From Nitrospirota bacterium (GTDB lineage Bacteria; Nitrospirota; UBA9217), in the NCBI GenBank assembly GCA_963754875.1, contig CAVWHO010000020.1, positions 160,001-224,000 on the forward strand: a stretch of DNA of 64,000 nt, in the 5' to 3' direction. The first letter of the stretch is position 1, and every line of letters starts with the position of its first letter. This document shows positions 27,675-37,702 of this stretch, piece after piece. Position numbers and translations under genes: made by a program. The notes below the pieces were generated by a model. The model ran no database searches, was not told where the DNA came from, and was given only the letters and a program-made list of their open reading frames with translations.

Positions 27675-28154
27675 ATGAAATGGGCTGTGCTTTTGCTTTT
27701 TGGAACTATCGGCTTGGCCTCGCTTGTCAGCGGGACAAGGTGGGGACTTGAATCCTACCCCCTTTATCGTGACAGCGTGCCGACCCAGGGCACGGTCGTC
27801 GATCAGTACCAGAAAAAGGACGATAAAACATCGGAGGTCGTGTATTTCCCGGTGATAGAATTTTCCACTTCGGGCATGGAAAAAGTTCGCTTCCGGGGCA
27901 GTGCAGGGTCCTTCAGCAGCCCCGGATATGAGTTGGGAACTGTGGTCGATGTCCTTTATGATCCCCGCAATCCTGCGAACGCGAAGATGGGCAGCATTAA
28001 GCAATTGTGGATGGGACCCTTAACAGCAGCGGGCATCGGGCTTGTGCTTTTGCTGCTGAGCATAGTTCTTTTCGTGAAAATCGGAAGCTTTGAAAAACAT
28101 CTCCGATCCATGCGACCTCGTACAAAAGAGGACAGGGGGGAGCGAACGGTTTAA
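27675..28154 (+). CDS. DUF3592-family membrane protein
   Basis: TM-GTVVD...YFPVIEF...V.VLYDPRNP..A-TM. Confidence 0.75.
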   Translation: MKWAVLLLFGTIGLASLVSGTRWGLESYPLYRDSVPTQGTVVDQYQKKDDKTSEVVYFPVIEFSTSGMEKVRFRGSAGSFSSPGYELGTVVDVLYDPRNPANAKMGSIKQLWMGPLTAAGIGLVLLLLSIVLFVKIGSFEKHLRSMRPRTKEDRGERTV

Positions 28155-28349
28155 AAGGCCGTACAACCTTGTTCATCCACTTCAACGAGTTTTTTCCTTA
28201 TCGAACACCGTTTCCCTCTCGAAGCCGCCATCCGACTGACTGTGCGCGGGTATTCATTGTATATATAAAAAATAAACAAATTGTATAATAAATTAACAGA
28301 TCTGAACGCTCCCCTTTGGTAAACCCTCTGAATTTGCCGTTGTTTTCGC

Positions 28350-28365
28350 TGGCATGCACGTTGCT
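28350..28365 (+). promoter_or_regulatory. sigma-54 promoter (-24/-12)
   Basis: TGGCATG-CACG-TTGCT upstream of 28489. Confidence 0.75.
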
Positions 28366-28488
28366 ATAACGTGCATAGCATCAATGCCGCGATGTGCGAA
28401 AGCATGAAGTGGGCCCCTTCCTCCCCTTAGGCAGTTCTTGCTTCGTGCCTTCACAACGCTGCGGCATACTTCTCTGAGAGGTGACAAA

Positions 28489-29634
28489 ATGAGCGAAGTT
28501 GCTGCGCAGGTTTCCGTCGACGAACTGAAACGGGTCGGGATCATCGGCCAGAAACAGAAGGATTTTTATCTCATTCGACTTCGGACCGTGGGCGGCGGAA
28601 TGACCGCCGAGGAACTGAACACGGTCTCGGAGGTCTCGCGGAAATACGGGAACGGGCAGGTGCACCTCACGACACGCCAGGCAATCGAGATCCACAACAT
28701 CCATGTCGAGAATCTTCAGGCCGCCCGTGAGGAAATAGAGGCGTGTGGGATCGTGCTTGGCGTATGCGGGCCGCGCGGCAGGGGGATCGTGGCCTGCCCC
28801 GGAAACGCAACATGCACCTCGGGTCTGATCGAAACCAGGGAACTGGCCGCAGAGTTCGACGAGGCCTATCTGCGCATGCCTGCTCCGCACAAGTTCAAAA
28901 TCGGCATTTCCGGTTGCCCGAACAATTGTTCTAAACCTATTGAGAACGATGTCGGCATTATGGGCGGCGTACTGCCGCGTTGGCACAAGGACACCTGCAC
29001 TGCCTGCCAGCTCTGCGTAAACATTTGTCCAACCAGGGCGATCGAGCAAAAAGGCGGGGATTTTGTCCTCGACAGCGGCAAGTGCCTCCTGTGCGGGCTT
29101 TGCATCAGTAACTGCCCGTCGTCGACATGGACTGCAGAGAAGACCGGTTACACGCTCTATCTCGGCGGGACCATGGGCAAGAAACCCCGCCTCGGGACCA
29201 GGGCAAAAGTATTAATTGAAACAAAGGAAGAGCTTGTAGCTGCGGTCCGCAAGGCGTTCGACTTTTACGTTGCCCACGGCAGGAAAAAAGAGCGTTTCGG
29301 CCACACCCTCGACAGGATCGGAGTGGACCAGGCTTTTGCCCAAATCTTTTCAGACAAGACTGAAAAGCCGGTGTCAGCACAGGATTCTACGGCAGCGTCA
29401 CCAATAAAAAGGAACCTCCTCGACCTGAGAGGCGTCTGCTGTCCCATGAATTTCGTGAAGGCAAAACTTGCAATGGACAAGATCAGGAACGGCGAAACGA
29501 TTGAGTTTTACCTTGACGATGGGGAGCCGATCGTAAATGTCACCCGCAGTCTCAAAGATGAGGGACATCAGGTGCTGAGTGTAGTGCCGCAGGACGCATA
29601 TTTCAAAGTACTGGTCGAGAAGAAGATCTCCTGA
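28489..29634 (+). CDS. Nitrite/sulfite reductase-like 4Fe-4S protein with ferredoxin insert and C-terminal TusA domain
   Basis: HLTTRQAIE, ACPGNATC, KFKIGISGCPNNC, two CxxCxxCxxxCP, ERFGHTLDRIG, LDLRGVCCPMNFVK. Confidence 0.88.
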   Translation: MSEVAAQVSVDELKRVGIIGQKQKDFYLIRLRTVGGGMTAEELNTVSEVSRKYGNGQVHLTTRQAIEIHNIHVENLQAAREEIEACGIVLGVCGPRGRGIVACPGNATCTSGLIETRELAAEFDEAYLRMPAPHKFKIGISGCPNNCSKPIENDVGIMGGVLPRWHKDTCTACQLCVNICPTRAIEQKGGDFVLDSGKCLLCGLCISNCPSSTWTAEKTGYTLYLGGTMGKKPRLGTRAKVLIETKEELVAAVRKAFDFYVAHGRKKERFGHTLDRIGVDQAFAQIFSDKTEKPVSAQDSTAASPIKRNLLDLRGVCCPMNFVKAKLAMDKIRNGETIEFYLDDGEPIVNVTRSLKDEGHQVLSVVPQDAYFKVLVEKKIS

Positions 29635-29831
29635 GAGGATGAACACCCTTTTGGTTTCCCCGCGGGAGTTCAGGGACGTTGGCGCAGAAATTGATTCTTT
29701 AGGGGTTCGACGTGCTGCGTTCGATTTTACCGGAACGGCCTGAAAGCGGGGGAAATCAAGGTGGACGGAGAAGGAGAAAAAGGCTGATTGTCTGTCGAAT
29801 GCGGGGCCTGGGGTACTGAAGGCTGTCGCCG

Positions 29832-30371
29832 TTACAACACCTTTCCCATAAGCACTTCACTGATGAAATCCCTGCCCATCCGTATCCTGTTCTTCCTTAC
29901 ACCTTCTTCAATGAAGCCGGCCTTCTTGAACATGCTGAGAGAGCGCTGATTTGTCGTGAAGATATTTGCCTCCAGTTTTTTGAACCCCATCTCGGTGGCC
30001 CATTCTATCGAATAGTTGAGCAGGTTTGCCCCGATGCCGAGCCCCCGGAACTTCTCTTTCAAATGAAGCCCGATGTGCAGAATGTGGGCTGTTTCCGGCC
30101 TCATCCCGGCATCTGCCTGCAAAGCCGCCAGGCAACCGACGACCTCATCGCCTGCTGAAGCAACGATGAGAAGGTTGCTCGTGCGCTCCAGTCCGCTTAT
30201 ATATTCTCTCTCCGACGCGGAATCCTTGCCATACTGCTCCATGAGGACATAACTGCGCTCATTTGCATTTGATCGCACGGTGTCAATGATGGCGCAGGAA
30301 TCATCAGGCTGGGCCGGCCTGATCGTTATTTCCGACCCGTCTTTTGCCATGAACGTCCTGATCGTGTGCAT
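29832..30371 (-). CDS. GNAT acetyltransferase
   Basis: FRGLGIGANLL acetyl-CoA motif, N.RSLSMFKKAGF.EEG. Confidence 0.88.
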   Translation of the reverse strand: MHTIRTFMAKDGSEITIRPAQPDDSCAIIDTVRSNANERSYVLMEQYGKDSASEREYISGLERTSNLLIVASAGDEVVGCLAALQADAGMRPETAHILHIGLHLKEKFRGLGIGANLLNYSIEWATEMGFKKLEANIFTTNQRSLSMFKKAGFIEEGVRKNRIRMGRDFISEVLMGKVL

Positions 30372-30401
30372 GGTCCCCTCCTTGCGGCCTCTATGAATTT
30401 G

Positions 30402-30430
30402 ATTATATACCTGAATCCCGCGACTTGCAA
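30402..30430 (-). promoter_or_regulatory. sigma70 promoter for GNAT gene
   Basis: TTGCAA-17 bp-TATAAT on minus strand. Confidence 0.7.
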
Positions 30431-30715
30431 TCCCCAGGCTCCTGCCGGAGGGGCTCCACTCGCAGCGATCACGATGCGTAATGAGAAAAAATGATGCTCA
30501 ACCGTTGAATGCCAATACCTCGGATCAACGGTCAAGCCATTGATCGACCTGATCGACCCGGCCCCGAGTATTATTTTGGAATTTGCAACGGCTCGTCTAC
30601 GGGGAAACTTTTGAGGGCATGCTCTTGGCGAGTACGGTGTACGGCTGGGATAAAATATCGCGGCAGGACGGGCGTTGAAAACAACACCCGGCCTGCCTTG
30701 TTCGGGGATCCTGTT

Positions 30716-30907
30716 TTACGGTTTCTTTTCTTCCAGTTTTTTCGCTTCTACCGTGTCTTCTTCCTTCTCAGACATGGCTTTCTTGAATCCCCGGATGCTT
30801 TTCCCGAGGCTTTCCCCGAGTGCCGGCAATTTCCCCGGGCCGAAGATGATCAAGACGATTACGAGAATCAAAAGCAAATGCATTGGCTGAAATAGTCCTC
30901 TACCCAT
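30716..30907 (-). CDS. tatA: Twin-arginine translocase TatA/E
   Basis: LIIFGPGKLPALGESLGKSIRGFKKAM. Confidence 0.9.
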   Translation of the reverse strand: MGRGLFQPMHLLLILVIVLIIFGPGKLPALGESLGKSIRGFKKAMSEKEEDTVEAKKLEEKKP

Positions 30908-30930
30908 GGTAGCACCCTCCAATATTCAGG

Positions 30931-31125
30931 TTACTTTTTTATATCGCGCGAAGATCGCGTCTTCTTTTTCAACGACGTTAAAATAAACATCACGAGGATC
31001 AGTATCCAGACAAATTTTAATGTTAAAAGAGTGAACGATAAATAGATAAATTGCTTTATCGACTTTAACGCTAAACCTGCAGCCACGATGAGGCCGCCGA
31101 TAAGTAATATTCTATCAAATTTCAT
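30931..31125 (-). CDS. Small two-TM hypothetical protein
   Basis: Hydrophobic ORF with basic tail upstream of tatA. Confidence 0.4.
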   Translation of the reverse strand: MKFDRILLIGGLIVAAGLALKSIKQFIYLSFTLLTLKFVWILILVMFILTSLKKKTRSSRDIKK

Positions 31126-31243
31126 ATCACACAATGAGGAAAACGACGTGTATACTGTAAATCTTTTTCCTTTGTTCTGCAACCTCTTTTTTCACATTGA
31201 GAAACGCCTTTACAACGCACCCGGCAGTTTTATGTTCATACGC

Positions 31244-32605
31244 TCACTCGCTTTCTAACCCATACTTCTTGAGCTTTCTCCAGAGGGAGACGCGATCTAT
31301 GCCCAGTATCTGAGCGGCGAGGGTCTTGTTGCCGCCGACCTCGTTCAGCACCCACTTGATATAGGCTTCTTCCTGTTCATCGAGCGACGGAATTTTGCCT
31401 TCCTTTTTTCGGAACGTTTTGATGCTGAGTTCCCGCAGGTCCTCGGGCAGGTGGCCGGTCTCGATCGCTCCGCCGTTCGCGAGCGCCACGCCCCGCTCCA
31501 TGATGTTCTCTAGTTCCCGTACATTGCCGGGAAAGTCGTAGTGCATGAGCAGGGCGATCACTTCTTCCGCGATTTCGGTGACCTCTTTCTTCATAAGCAC
31601 CGCATATTTTTTGAGGAAGTAGTAGGAAAGGAGGGGGATATCGTCCTTGCGTTCGACGAGCGGCGGGATGCGAAGCGAAACGACGTTCAGCCTGAAGTAC
31701 AGGTCCTGACGGAATGAACCGCTTTTCATCGAATCGTGAATGTCCCTGTTCGTTGCCGCTACGAACCGTACGTCTACCTTGAGCGGGTCAATGCCCCCGA
31801 CGCGCAGCACTTCCTTCTCCTGGATCACGCGCAGCAGTTTTACCTGCATGGACTGCGGCATCTCGGTCACTTCGTCCATGAACAGGGTGCCGCCCGACGC
31901 CATCTCGATCAGTCCCTTTTTCATGGCGCTCGCGCCGGTGAAGGCGCCCTTTTCGTGCCCGAACAGCTCGTTTGACAACAGCTCCTCGGTGAAGGCCCCG
32001 CAGTTGATGGCAAAGAAGGGGCCTTCCATGCGCTTGCTGTTAAGGTGGATGTATCGCGCGAAGAGTTCTTTGCCGGTTCCACTTTCTCCGGTGATCAGCA
32101 CATTGCAGTCCGTGGGCGCGATTTGGCGCGCGGTCTCAAGCAGCTTCTGCATCGACGGGTCCTGGGTGATGATCTTGACCTTGCCCTGGTAGCTTTCGAG
32201 TTGCTCGCGGAGGTGACGGTTCTCGGTCTTGAGCCTCACCTTATGCACGGCCTCCGACACGACCTTTCGCACTTCCTCCAGTTTAAACGGTTTCGCAATG
32301 TAGTAGAACGCCCCATCCTTCATGGTCTCAACGGCAGAGTCGAGCGTTGCATAACCCGTGATCATGACGACTTCCGTGTCCGGGTAAAGCTCGCGGGTCT
32401 TTTTTAGGATCTGCATGCCGTCTACTTTTTCCATACGGAGGTCTGTGAGCACGACGTCGAACTGCCGGTCTTCGAGAAGTTTAAGGGCGTTTGTTCCGCT
32501 CTGCGTGGCCGTAACGTCGTATCCTTCTTTTTTCATCACGTGCTCAAGGTTCCTGAGGGCTATCCGTTCGTCGTCGATGATGAGCAACTTACCTGAATCG
32601 GGCAT
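31244..32605 (-). CDS. NtrC-family sigma-54 response regulator
   Basis: REC (IIDDE, LTDLRM, KPF), GESGTGKE, GAFTGA, HTH. Confidence 0.95.
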   Translation of the reverse strand: MPDSGKLLIIDDERIALRNLEHVMKKEGYDVTATQSGTNALKLLEDRQFDVVLTDLRMEKVDGMQILKKTRELYPDTEVVMITGYATLDSAVETMKDGAFYYIAKPFKLEEVRKVVSEAVHKVRLKTENRHLREQLESYQGKVKIITQDPSMQKLLETARQIAPTDCNVLITGESGTGKELFARYIHLNSKRMEGPFFAINCGAFTEELLSNELFGHEKGAFTGASAMKKGLIEMASGGTLFMDEVTEMPQSMQVKLLRVIQEKEVLRVGGIDPLKVDVRFVAATNRDIHDSMKSGSFRQDLYFRLNVVSLRIPPLVERKDDIPLLSYYFLKKYAVLMKKEVTEIAEEVIALLMHYDFPGNVRELENIMERGVALANGGAIETGHLPEDLRELSIKTFRKKEGKIPSLDEQEEAYIKWVLNEVGGNKTLAAQILGIDRVSLWRKLKKYGLESE

Positions 32606-32722
32606 GAATATGACTCCTTGTCAAATCTTGTGAGGACCAGAGGAACGTCTATCTGGTTCATGATGCAATCTCTGTACTTCCCCTGCCTGTAACTGAGACA
32701 TCTTCTGTGATTCGTTTCTTCT

Positions 32723-34247
32723 TTAGTACTTCATCGGCAGCCGGATTAAAAAGCTCGTCCCTTTACCGGCCTCGCTGTCAACGGCGATACACCCGTCATG
32801 TTCCTCGATGATCTCATGGACGATGTACAGGCCGAGGCCCGAACCCTTTCCCACGTCTTTGGTAGTGAAGAAGGGGTCGAAAATCTTGGGAATGATGTCG
32901 ACCGGGATGCCGGGACCGGTGTCCCTGATCTCGATGTCGACGGTGTCCTGGTCAAGCGTGCACTTGCCGCCGTATTTCAGGTAATTATAAATACCGATCT
33001 TTCCGTCTTCAACGTCGTCCAGTGCCCTGCGTTTCTCCGCCTTGATCGTTACCGACCCTTCGGCAGACGTTATGGCTTCAATAGCGTTCTTGATCAGGTT
33101 CAGGAACGCCTGCTGGATCCGCTGCTTGTCCGCGAAGATCACGATATCGTCGGGAACTGCAACGGTGATTGCGATCCTGGTCGGGACCTGGCCCTTGATG
33201 AACTGGATCGTTTCCTCAAAGATCTTTTTGAGTACCAGCGACTCTTTCGTGAACTCCCGGTCCCGGGAAAAGTCGAGCAGGGAGCGGACGATATTTCGCG
33301 CCCGGTCTGTTTGATCGTTGATCTGATTGATCAGTTCCTGAACAAAATCAGGGTCTACGGGCCAGGAGACGTCCGCCTGTTTGCCGCGTGCTTCTTTCAC
33401 TTCTTCCGCCAGGATCTGGTTCGACGTCGAGATGTTCGAAAGCGGATTGTTCAGCTCGTGGGCCACGCCGGAGAGGAGCGTGCCCAGGGACGCGAGCTTC
33501 TCGGACTGGATGAGGTGCCGCTCGTGCAGCTCCAACTCCTTCAGCATCTTATTGAAGGCCCGTGTCAGCGAGGCGATTTCCCGGTCTTTCGAGTCAATGG
33601 CAATGCGTTCAAACTTGCCTTCCGCGATGATGCCCATGCTCTCTTCAAGAGATTTCAACGGCTTCACCACCATCCGGGACAGGATCTGGCCGATGACGAT
33701 CACGGCGACGGACAGGATCAGGATCGAGATGACCAGGATGAGCTGAGAGTTCTTCAGCAGCAGCTGCAGGCTCCTCCGTTCGGTTTTAGCGATATCTTCC
33801 GCGGCCGTGATGATGTCCTTGCCCGTAGCACGGATATTGCCGGCGAGCATGAGCTTCCGTGCACTGCTATGCCTGCCTGCGAGTGCGTACTCTTCCATGA
33901 GCTCCCGATAGGTTTTCAAGCCGACCTGAAGCGACGATATCTGTTGCGACGAAGCAAAAGCCCTGAACCCGCGGATGTTGCGGTCGATGAGGTCCTGTGC
34001 CCGGGCAACGTACTGCACGTTTTCGTCATAGTCCGATTGCTGCTCGTAGAGAAAGAAATTCTTCTCGAATCGCCTGATCTTCGAGCGTCGTATCGAAAAA
34101 CTCGGAGATCGCCTCGCCGACGATGATCTTCCGTTCCACGAACCGGAGTTCGAGATAGGTGAAGATCGTCAGACCGATGATCAGGGCGACGATCGCATAG
34201 TAGCCCAGGGTGATCTTCTGTCGTATGCTGGGTTGATAATTGAACAT
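32723..34247 (-). CDS. Sensor histidine kinase (HAMP-HisKA-HATPase), split by +1 frameshift at ~34080
   Basis: GVAHELNNPL, NLIKNA, DTGPGI, GSGLGL; removing one A restores TLEIRRFEKN joining 34026-34247 to 32723-34018. Confidence 0.85.
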
Positions 34248-34270
34248 GGTTTTCGCAAAGAGAGCTTTAC

Positions 34271-34328
34271 GTCTCAGGTCTCAAGTTTCTGGTTTTAAAC
34301 TTGAGACTTGAAACTGGAGACTTGAGAC
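34271..34328. repeat. Heptamer-repeat hairpin (GTCTCAA x4 / TTGAGAC x4, degenerate)
   Basis: GTCTCAG GTCTCAA GTTTCTG GTTTTAA ac TTGAGAC TTGAAAC TGGAGAC TTGAGAC. Confidence 0.8.
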
Positions 34329-34330
34329 AT

Positions 34331-36328
34331 CTAAATCAGCACCGCATGTACGGCGTCCATCACGTTGTCGACCAGGCGAAGCTCGATGTCCTTTTTTACT
34401 TCTTCATCCAGTTCATCCACGTCGTCGCGGTTGCGGGCGGGCACGATCATGGTCTTGACCTTTGCTCGCTTGGCTGCCAGGACCTTTTCCCTGATGCCGC
34501 CCACCGGAAGTACCCGTCCCGTGAGAGTGATCTCGCCGGTCACGGCGATGTCCTTTCGCGCCGGGCGCCCGGTGAGCAGCGAGGCAAGGGCAAGGAGGAT
34601 GGTGATGCCGGCCGACGGGCCGTCTTTCTGGATCGCGCCGGAAGGCACATGGACGTGGATGTCTTTCTGCTCAAAAAAATTGTCAGGGATGCCGAAGGCC
34701 TCGGCATTGCTCCTGATATAGGATAGGGCCGCCTGCGCCGACTCACGCATGACGTCGCCGAGGGATCCGGTGATGATCAACTCTTTCGTGCCGTTCATTT
34801 TTGCTGCTTCCACGAAAATGATGTCTCCGCCTGTTTCGGTCCGCACGAGTCCTGTTGCGACGCCGATGCGGTCTTGCTCCTCGACCACGTCGAAGTGGTA
34901 CTTCCGTTTGCCGAGATACGTCTCGACCGCGGCCGGCGTAATCACGACGGTTTCCGGCAGACCATGCCGGTCGACAGAGGATTTGGCGATCTTTCTGCAG
35001 ATGGTAGCGATCGTGCGCTCGAGGTTCCGGATGCCTGCTTCCCGGGTGTACTCCCGGATGATTTTTGCTACGGCGTCACCGGTAAAAACGACGTCGTCCG
35101 GAGACAGACCTTTCTCGCGGATCTGTTTCGGACAGAGGAACCGTGAAGCGATAAGCGCTTTTTCCTCCTCTGTGTAACCCGAGAACTCGATTACTTCCAT
35201 GCGGTCCCGAAGCGGGGCCGGGACGGTTTCAAGCACGTTCGCGGTCAGGATAAACATGACGCCTGAAAGGTCGAAGGGAGCGTCCAGATAGTGGTCCACG
35301 AACGCGCGGTTCTGCTCCGGATCGAGCACTTCGAGCAGCGCCGATGCAGGGTCGCCCTTGAAGTCACGTCCGATCTTGTCAAGTTCGTCGAGCATGATCA
35401 CCGGGTTGGCCGATTCGACGCGGCGGATCTCCTCTATCACCCTGCCGGGCTTCGCCCCGACGTACGTGCGGCGGTGCCCCCGGATGTCTGCTTCGTCCTT
35501 GAGGCCGCCGAGGGCGATGCGGGTGAACTTTCTGCCGAGGGCCCGCGCAATGGAACGGCCGAGGGACGTCTTGCCTGTACCCGGAGGACCGGCGAAACAG
35601 AGGACCGAGCCCTTCGTGTTTGCCCGCACTGTCTTTGTATCCAATGCCTTCTTGATGGTGTCACGGACTTCATCGAGCTTAAAGGGCTTCGCAATATAGT
35701 GGAAAGCCCCTTTTTGCATTGCCTCGATGGCGGAGGGGACCGTGGCAAAGCCGGTTATCATGACGACCCGGGCGTCCGGGTACCGGACCTTGATCCGGTC
35801 CAGGAGGTCCATGCCGTCGATTTTCCCCATGCGAAGGTCGGTCAGCACTACATCGAACTCGTCCATGTCGAGCTCTTTGAGCGCATCTTCGCCGCCTGCT
35901 ACGGCAACCACGTCATACTCTTCCTTCGTAAGCACGTGAGCAAGGTTCTTTCGCGCGATCTCTTCATCATCGACGATCAGGATTCGTGCCTTTTTGCTCA
36001 TCCTGAGCACCTTCACGGCCAGGTGCTCGAGGACCCGCTCCTTGATCGTGCTGAGGCCGTAGTGGTTTTCGTTCAGGATACGCTCGGCACGGGAGAGGTC
36101 GAGATTGTCTTCGGTCTTTTTGTTCCACGGCAGACAGGCGAGGTAGTCGATGTAGGTCACACCGATGGTGTATTCGGCAGACGATGGGCTGATCTTTGCC
36201 AGGATCGAGAGCTCCTGATCAGCGATCTTCTCCACCGGCCCGGGCATGCCGGCGCGAGATATTTTCTGGCGCAGCTCGGCAATGATAAGTTCGTGCTCGT
36301 TGTCGTCCGATTTTTTAAAAAATTTCAT
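34331..36328 (-). CDS. lon: Lon protease lacking the N-domain, with inserted receiver domain
   Basis: HYGL..IKERVLE, REC insert (ILIVDDE...LTDLRM...KPF), GPPGTGKTS, KDGPSAG, GGIREK. Confidence 0.9.
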   Translation of the reverse strand: MKFFKKSDDNEHELIIAELRQKISRAGMPGPVEKIADQELSILAKISPSSAEYTIGVTYIDYLACLPWNKKTEDNLDLSRAERILNENHYGLSTIKERVLEHLAVKVLRMSKKARILIVDDEEIARKNLAHVLTKEEYDVVAVAGGEDALKELDMDEFDVVLTDLRMGKIDGMDLLDRIKVRYPDARVVMITGFATVPSAIEAMQKGAFHYIAKPFKLDEVRDTIKKALDTKTVRANTKGSVLCFAGPPGTGKTSLGRSIARALGRKFTRIALGGLKDEADIRGHRRTYVGAKPGRVIEEIRRVESANPVIMLDELDKIGRDFKGDPASALLEVLDPEQNRAFVDHYLDAPFDLSGVMFILTANVLETVPAPLRDRMEVIEFSGYTEEEKALIASRFLCPKQIREKGLSPDDVVFTGDAVAKIIREYTREAGIRNLERTIATICRKIAKSSVDRHGLPETVVITPAAVETYLGKRKYHFDVVEEQDRIGVATGLVRTETGGDIIFVEAAKMNGTKELIITGSLGDVMRESAQAALSYIRSNAEAFGIPDNFFEQKDIHVHVPSGAIQKDGPSAGITILLALASLLTGRPARKDIAVTGEITLTGRVLPVGGIREKVLAAKRAKVKTMIVPARNRDDVDELDEEVKKDIELRLVDNVMDAVHAVLI

Positions 36329-36532
36329 GTGCCTTCGTAAAAAACAATAAAGTGGTTGCATTTTACAACGTTCAGATTATCAATGCAACACTCAAAAAAT
36401 CTTTTTTATTCAACGCGTAGCATGACTTTAGAGATAAAGCATTGCATTCTAAAACAATGGTGGACGAAAGTACGATTTTTTATATTTATGTATTGTATCA
36501 TTTTTTCAATGCATTATGCCGAGAAAAGGTTT

Positions 36533-36548
36533 TGGCACGAAGGTTGTA
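36533..36548 (+). promoter_or_regulatory. sigma-54 promoter; candidate activator palindromes upstream (e.g. GTTGCA-TTT-TACAAC at 36355-36369)
   Basis: TGGCACG-AAGG-TTGTA. Confidence 0.7.
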
Positions 36549-36602
36549 ATTAGGAATAGTGAAAGAGCACAAGAAAACATCACGGGAAAGGAGGAACAGA
36601 GT

Positions 36603-36779
36603 ATGAAAACCTTAATGGAGAAATTAGAAACCACCATGGCGGCAGCTGCATTTGCAGAGGAAGGCGAGTTCGAGACCGCCCTCCAGATCCTGAGGGAAGA
36701 TCAGCCGAGAAAAACCGACAGGCCGTCTGTTCATGATTATAAGAGACCATCTGCCAGAAAAGAACTGCGAGCCGACTGA
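36603..36779 (+). CDS. Small protein with AAAFAEEGE motif
   Basis: GGAGG RBS; motif shared with next gene. Confidence 0.7.
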   Translation: MKTLMEKLETTMAAAAFAEEGEFETALQILREDQPRKTDRPSVHDYKRPSARKELRAD

Positions 36780-36837
36780 TATTGCTGGCAACGCCTCAAG
36801 CGACTGTGAAAAAGCTGCATTCGTCAATAGAGGGACC

Positions 36838-37344
36838 ATGGAAACGACAAAGATCAAAAAGATGATGAAAATGGTGGAGCAGGCCCTGACAGCAGCATCA
36901 TTTGCCGAAGAAGGGGAAGCGGAGACCGCCAATGCATTACTGTGGGAATCGCGGCGGGTGCTGCTGGGGCTCAAGGCAGGGCAGATAGATCCCAAAACAC
37001 TGAAATACGCTCTCAACTCAGCCAGGCGGATCAATGCGCATCTCGACATTCTCTACGTTACCGGAGCGGTCAGCCAGAGTAAGGGTACGATTGATCCCGT
37101 ACTTGAGCCATTTGTGTCGGAACTAACTGCAGCAGGGATTCCTTTTCGCCTGATCCCCCGGTCCGGTTGTCTTAAACAGCAGATAATCGACTACTCGAAC
37201 AGTGAGAAGGAAATCCTGTTCGCCGTCATTGAGTCCCCGGCTACATTGGACGATGACTGCAATAAGCGCGACAAGGTGCTTGCTGAACTGTGGCGCCAAC
37301 TGAAGTGTCCGCTCGTCGTGGTTATGGACGGGGCTGGGGCGTAA
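36838..37344 (+). CDS. USP-like protein with N-terminal AASFAEEGE motif
   Basis: LKYALNSARRI.A.LDILYV ... LKCPLVVV. Confidence 0.7.
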   Translation: METTKIKKMMKMVEQALTAASFAEEGEAETANALLWESRRVLLGLKAGQIDPKTLKYALNSARRINAHLDILYVTGAVSQSKGTIDPVLEPFVSELTAAGIPFRLIPRSGCLKQQIIDYSNSEKEILFAVIESPATLDDDCNKRDKVLAELWRQLKCPLVVVMDGAGA

Positions 37345-37353
37345 TTAAGATAA

Positions 37354-37415
37354 GTCTCAAGTTTCATGTCTCAGGTCTCAAGAAACTCAAGTTTCAAGTC
37401 AAACCAGAAAACTCA
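37354..37415. repeat. Degenerate GTCTCAA heptamer tandem repeat
   Basis: GTCTCAA GTTTCAT GTCTCAG GTCTCAA ... GTTTCAA. Confidence 0.7.
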
Positions 37416-37449
37416 ATACAATATTATTTCAATTCAAGGAGGATTTATC

Positions 37450-37701
37450 ATGGCACACAGCACCACGAAGAAAAAGCCGGTCGCTGCGATGATCGTTATG
37501 GGCATCATATCCCTGGCGCTCTATGCGGCGCTCCTGCTCAAACAGGATATGGTAAACAGTATTTTTGCCAAGGGCGGGCTGTACGCGCTGCTGCCGATCA
37601 TCACGGCATTCATTTTTTCGTTTTTCCACGGCTCGTTTACCGGGCATTTCTGGACCGTACTCGGCGTAGAAGCGTCAAAGAAAAAAATGGAGGTAAAATA
37701 A
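37450..37701 (+). CDS. Small membrane protein
   Basis: AGGAGG RBS; FSFFHGSFTGHFWTVLGVE. Confidence 0.8.
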   Translation: MAHSTTKKKPVAAMIVMGIISLALYAALLLKQDMVNSIFAKGGLYALLPIITAFIFSFFHGSFTGHFWTVLGVEASKKKMEVK

Positions 37702-37702
37702 C

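Noticed and set aside
29632..29700. Selenocysteine read-through of the TGA ending the TusA fusion
   Set aside because: The TusA domain is already complete and the TGA is not at a catalytic Cys position
32798..36340. Long antisense ORFs (e.g. 32798-34126, 35291-36340; also 1088-1978, 38700-39632, 48377-49525)
   Set aside because: Shadow frames of GC-rich genes with clear function on the opposite strand; no motifs
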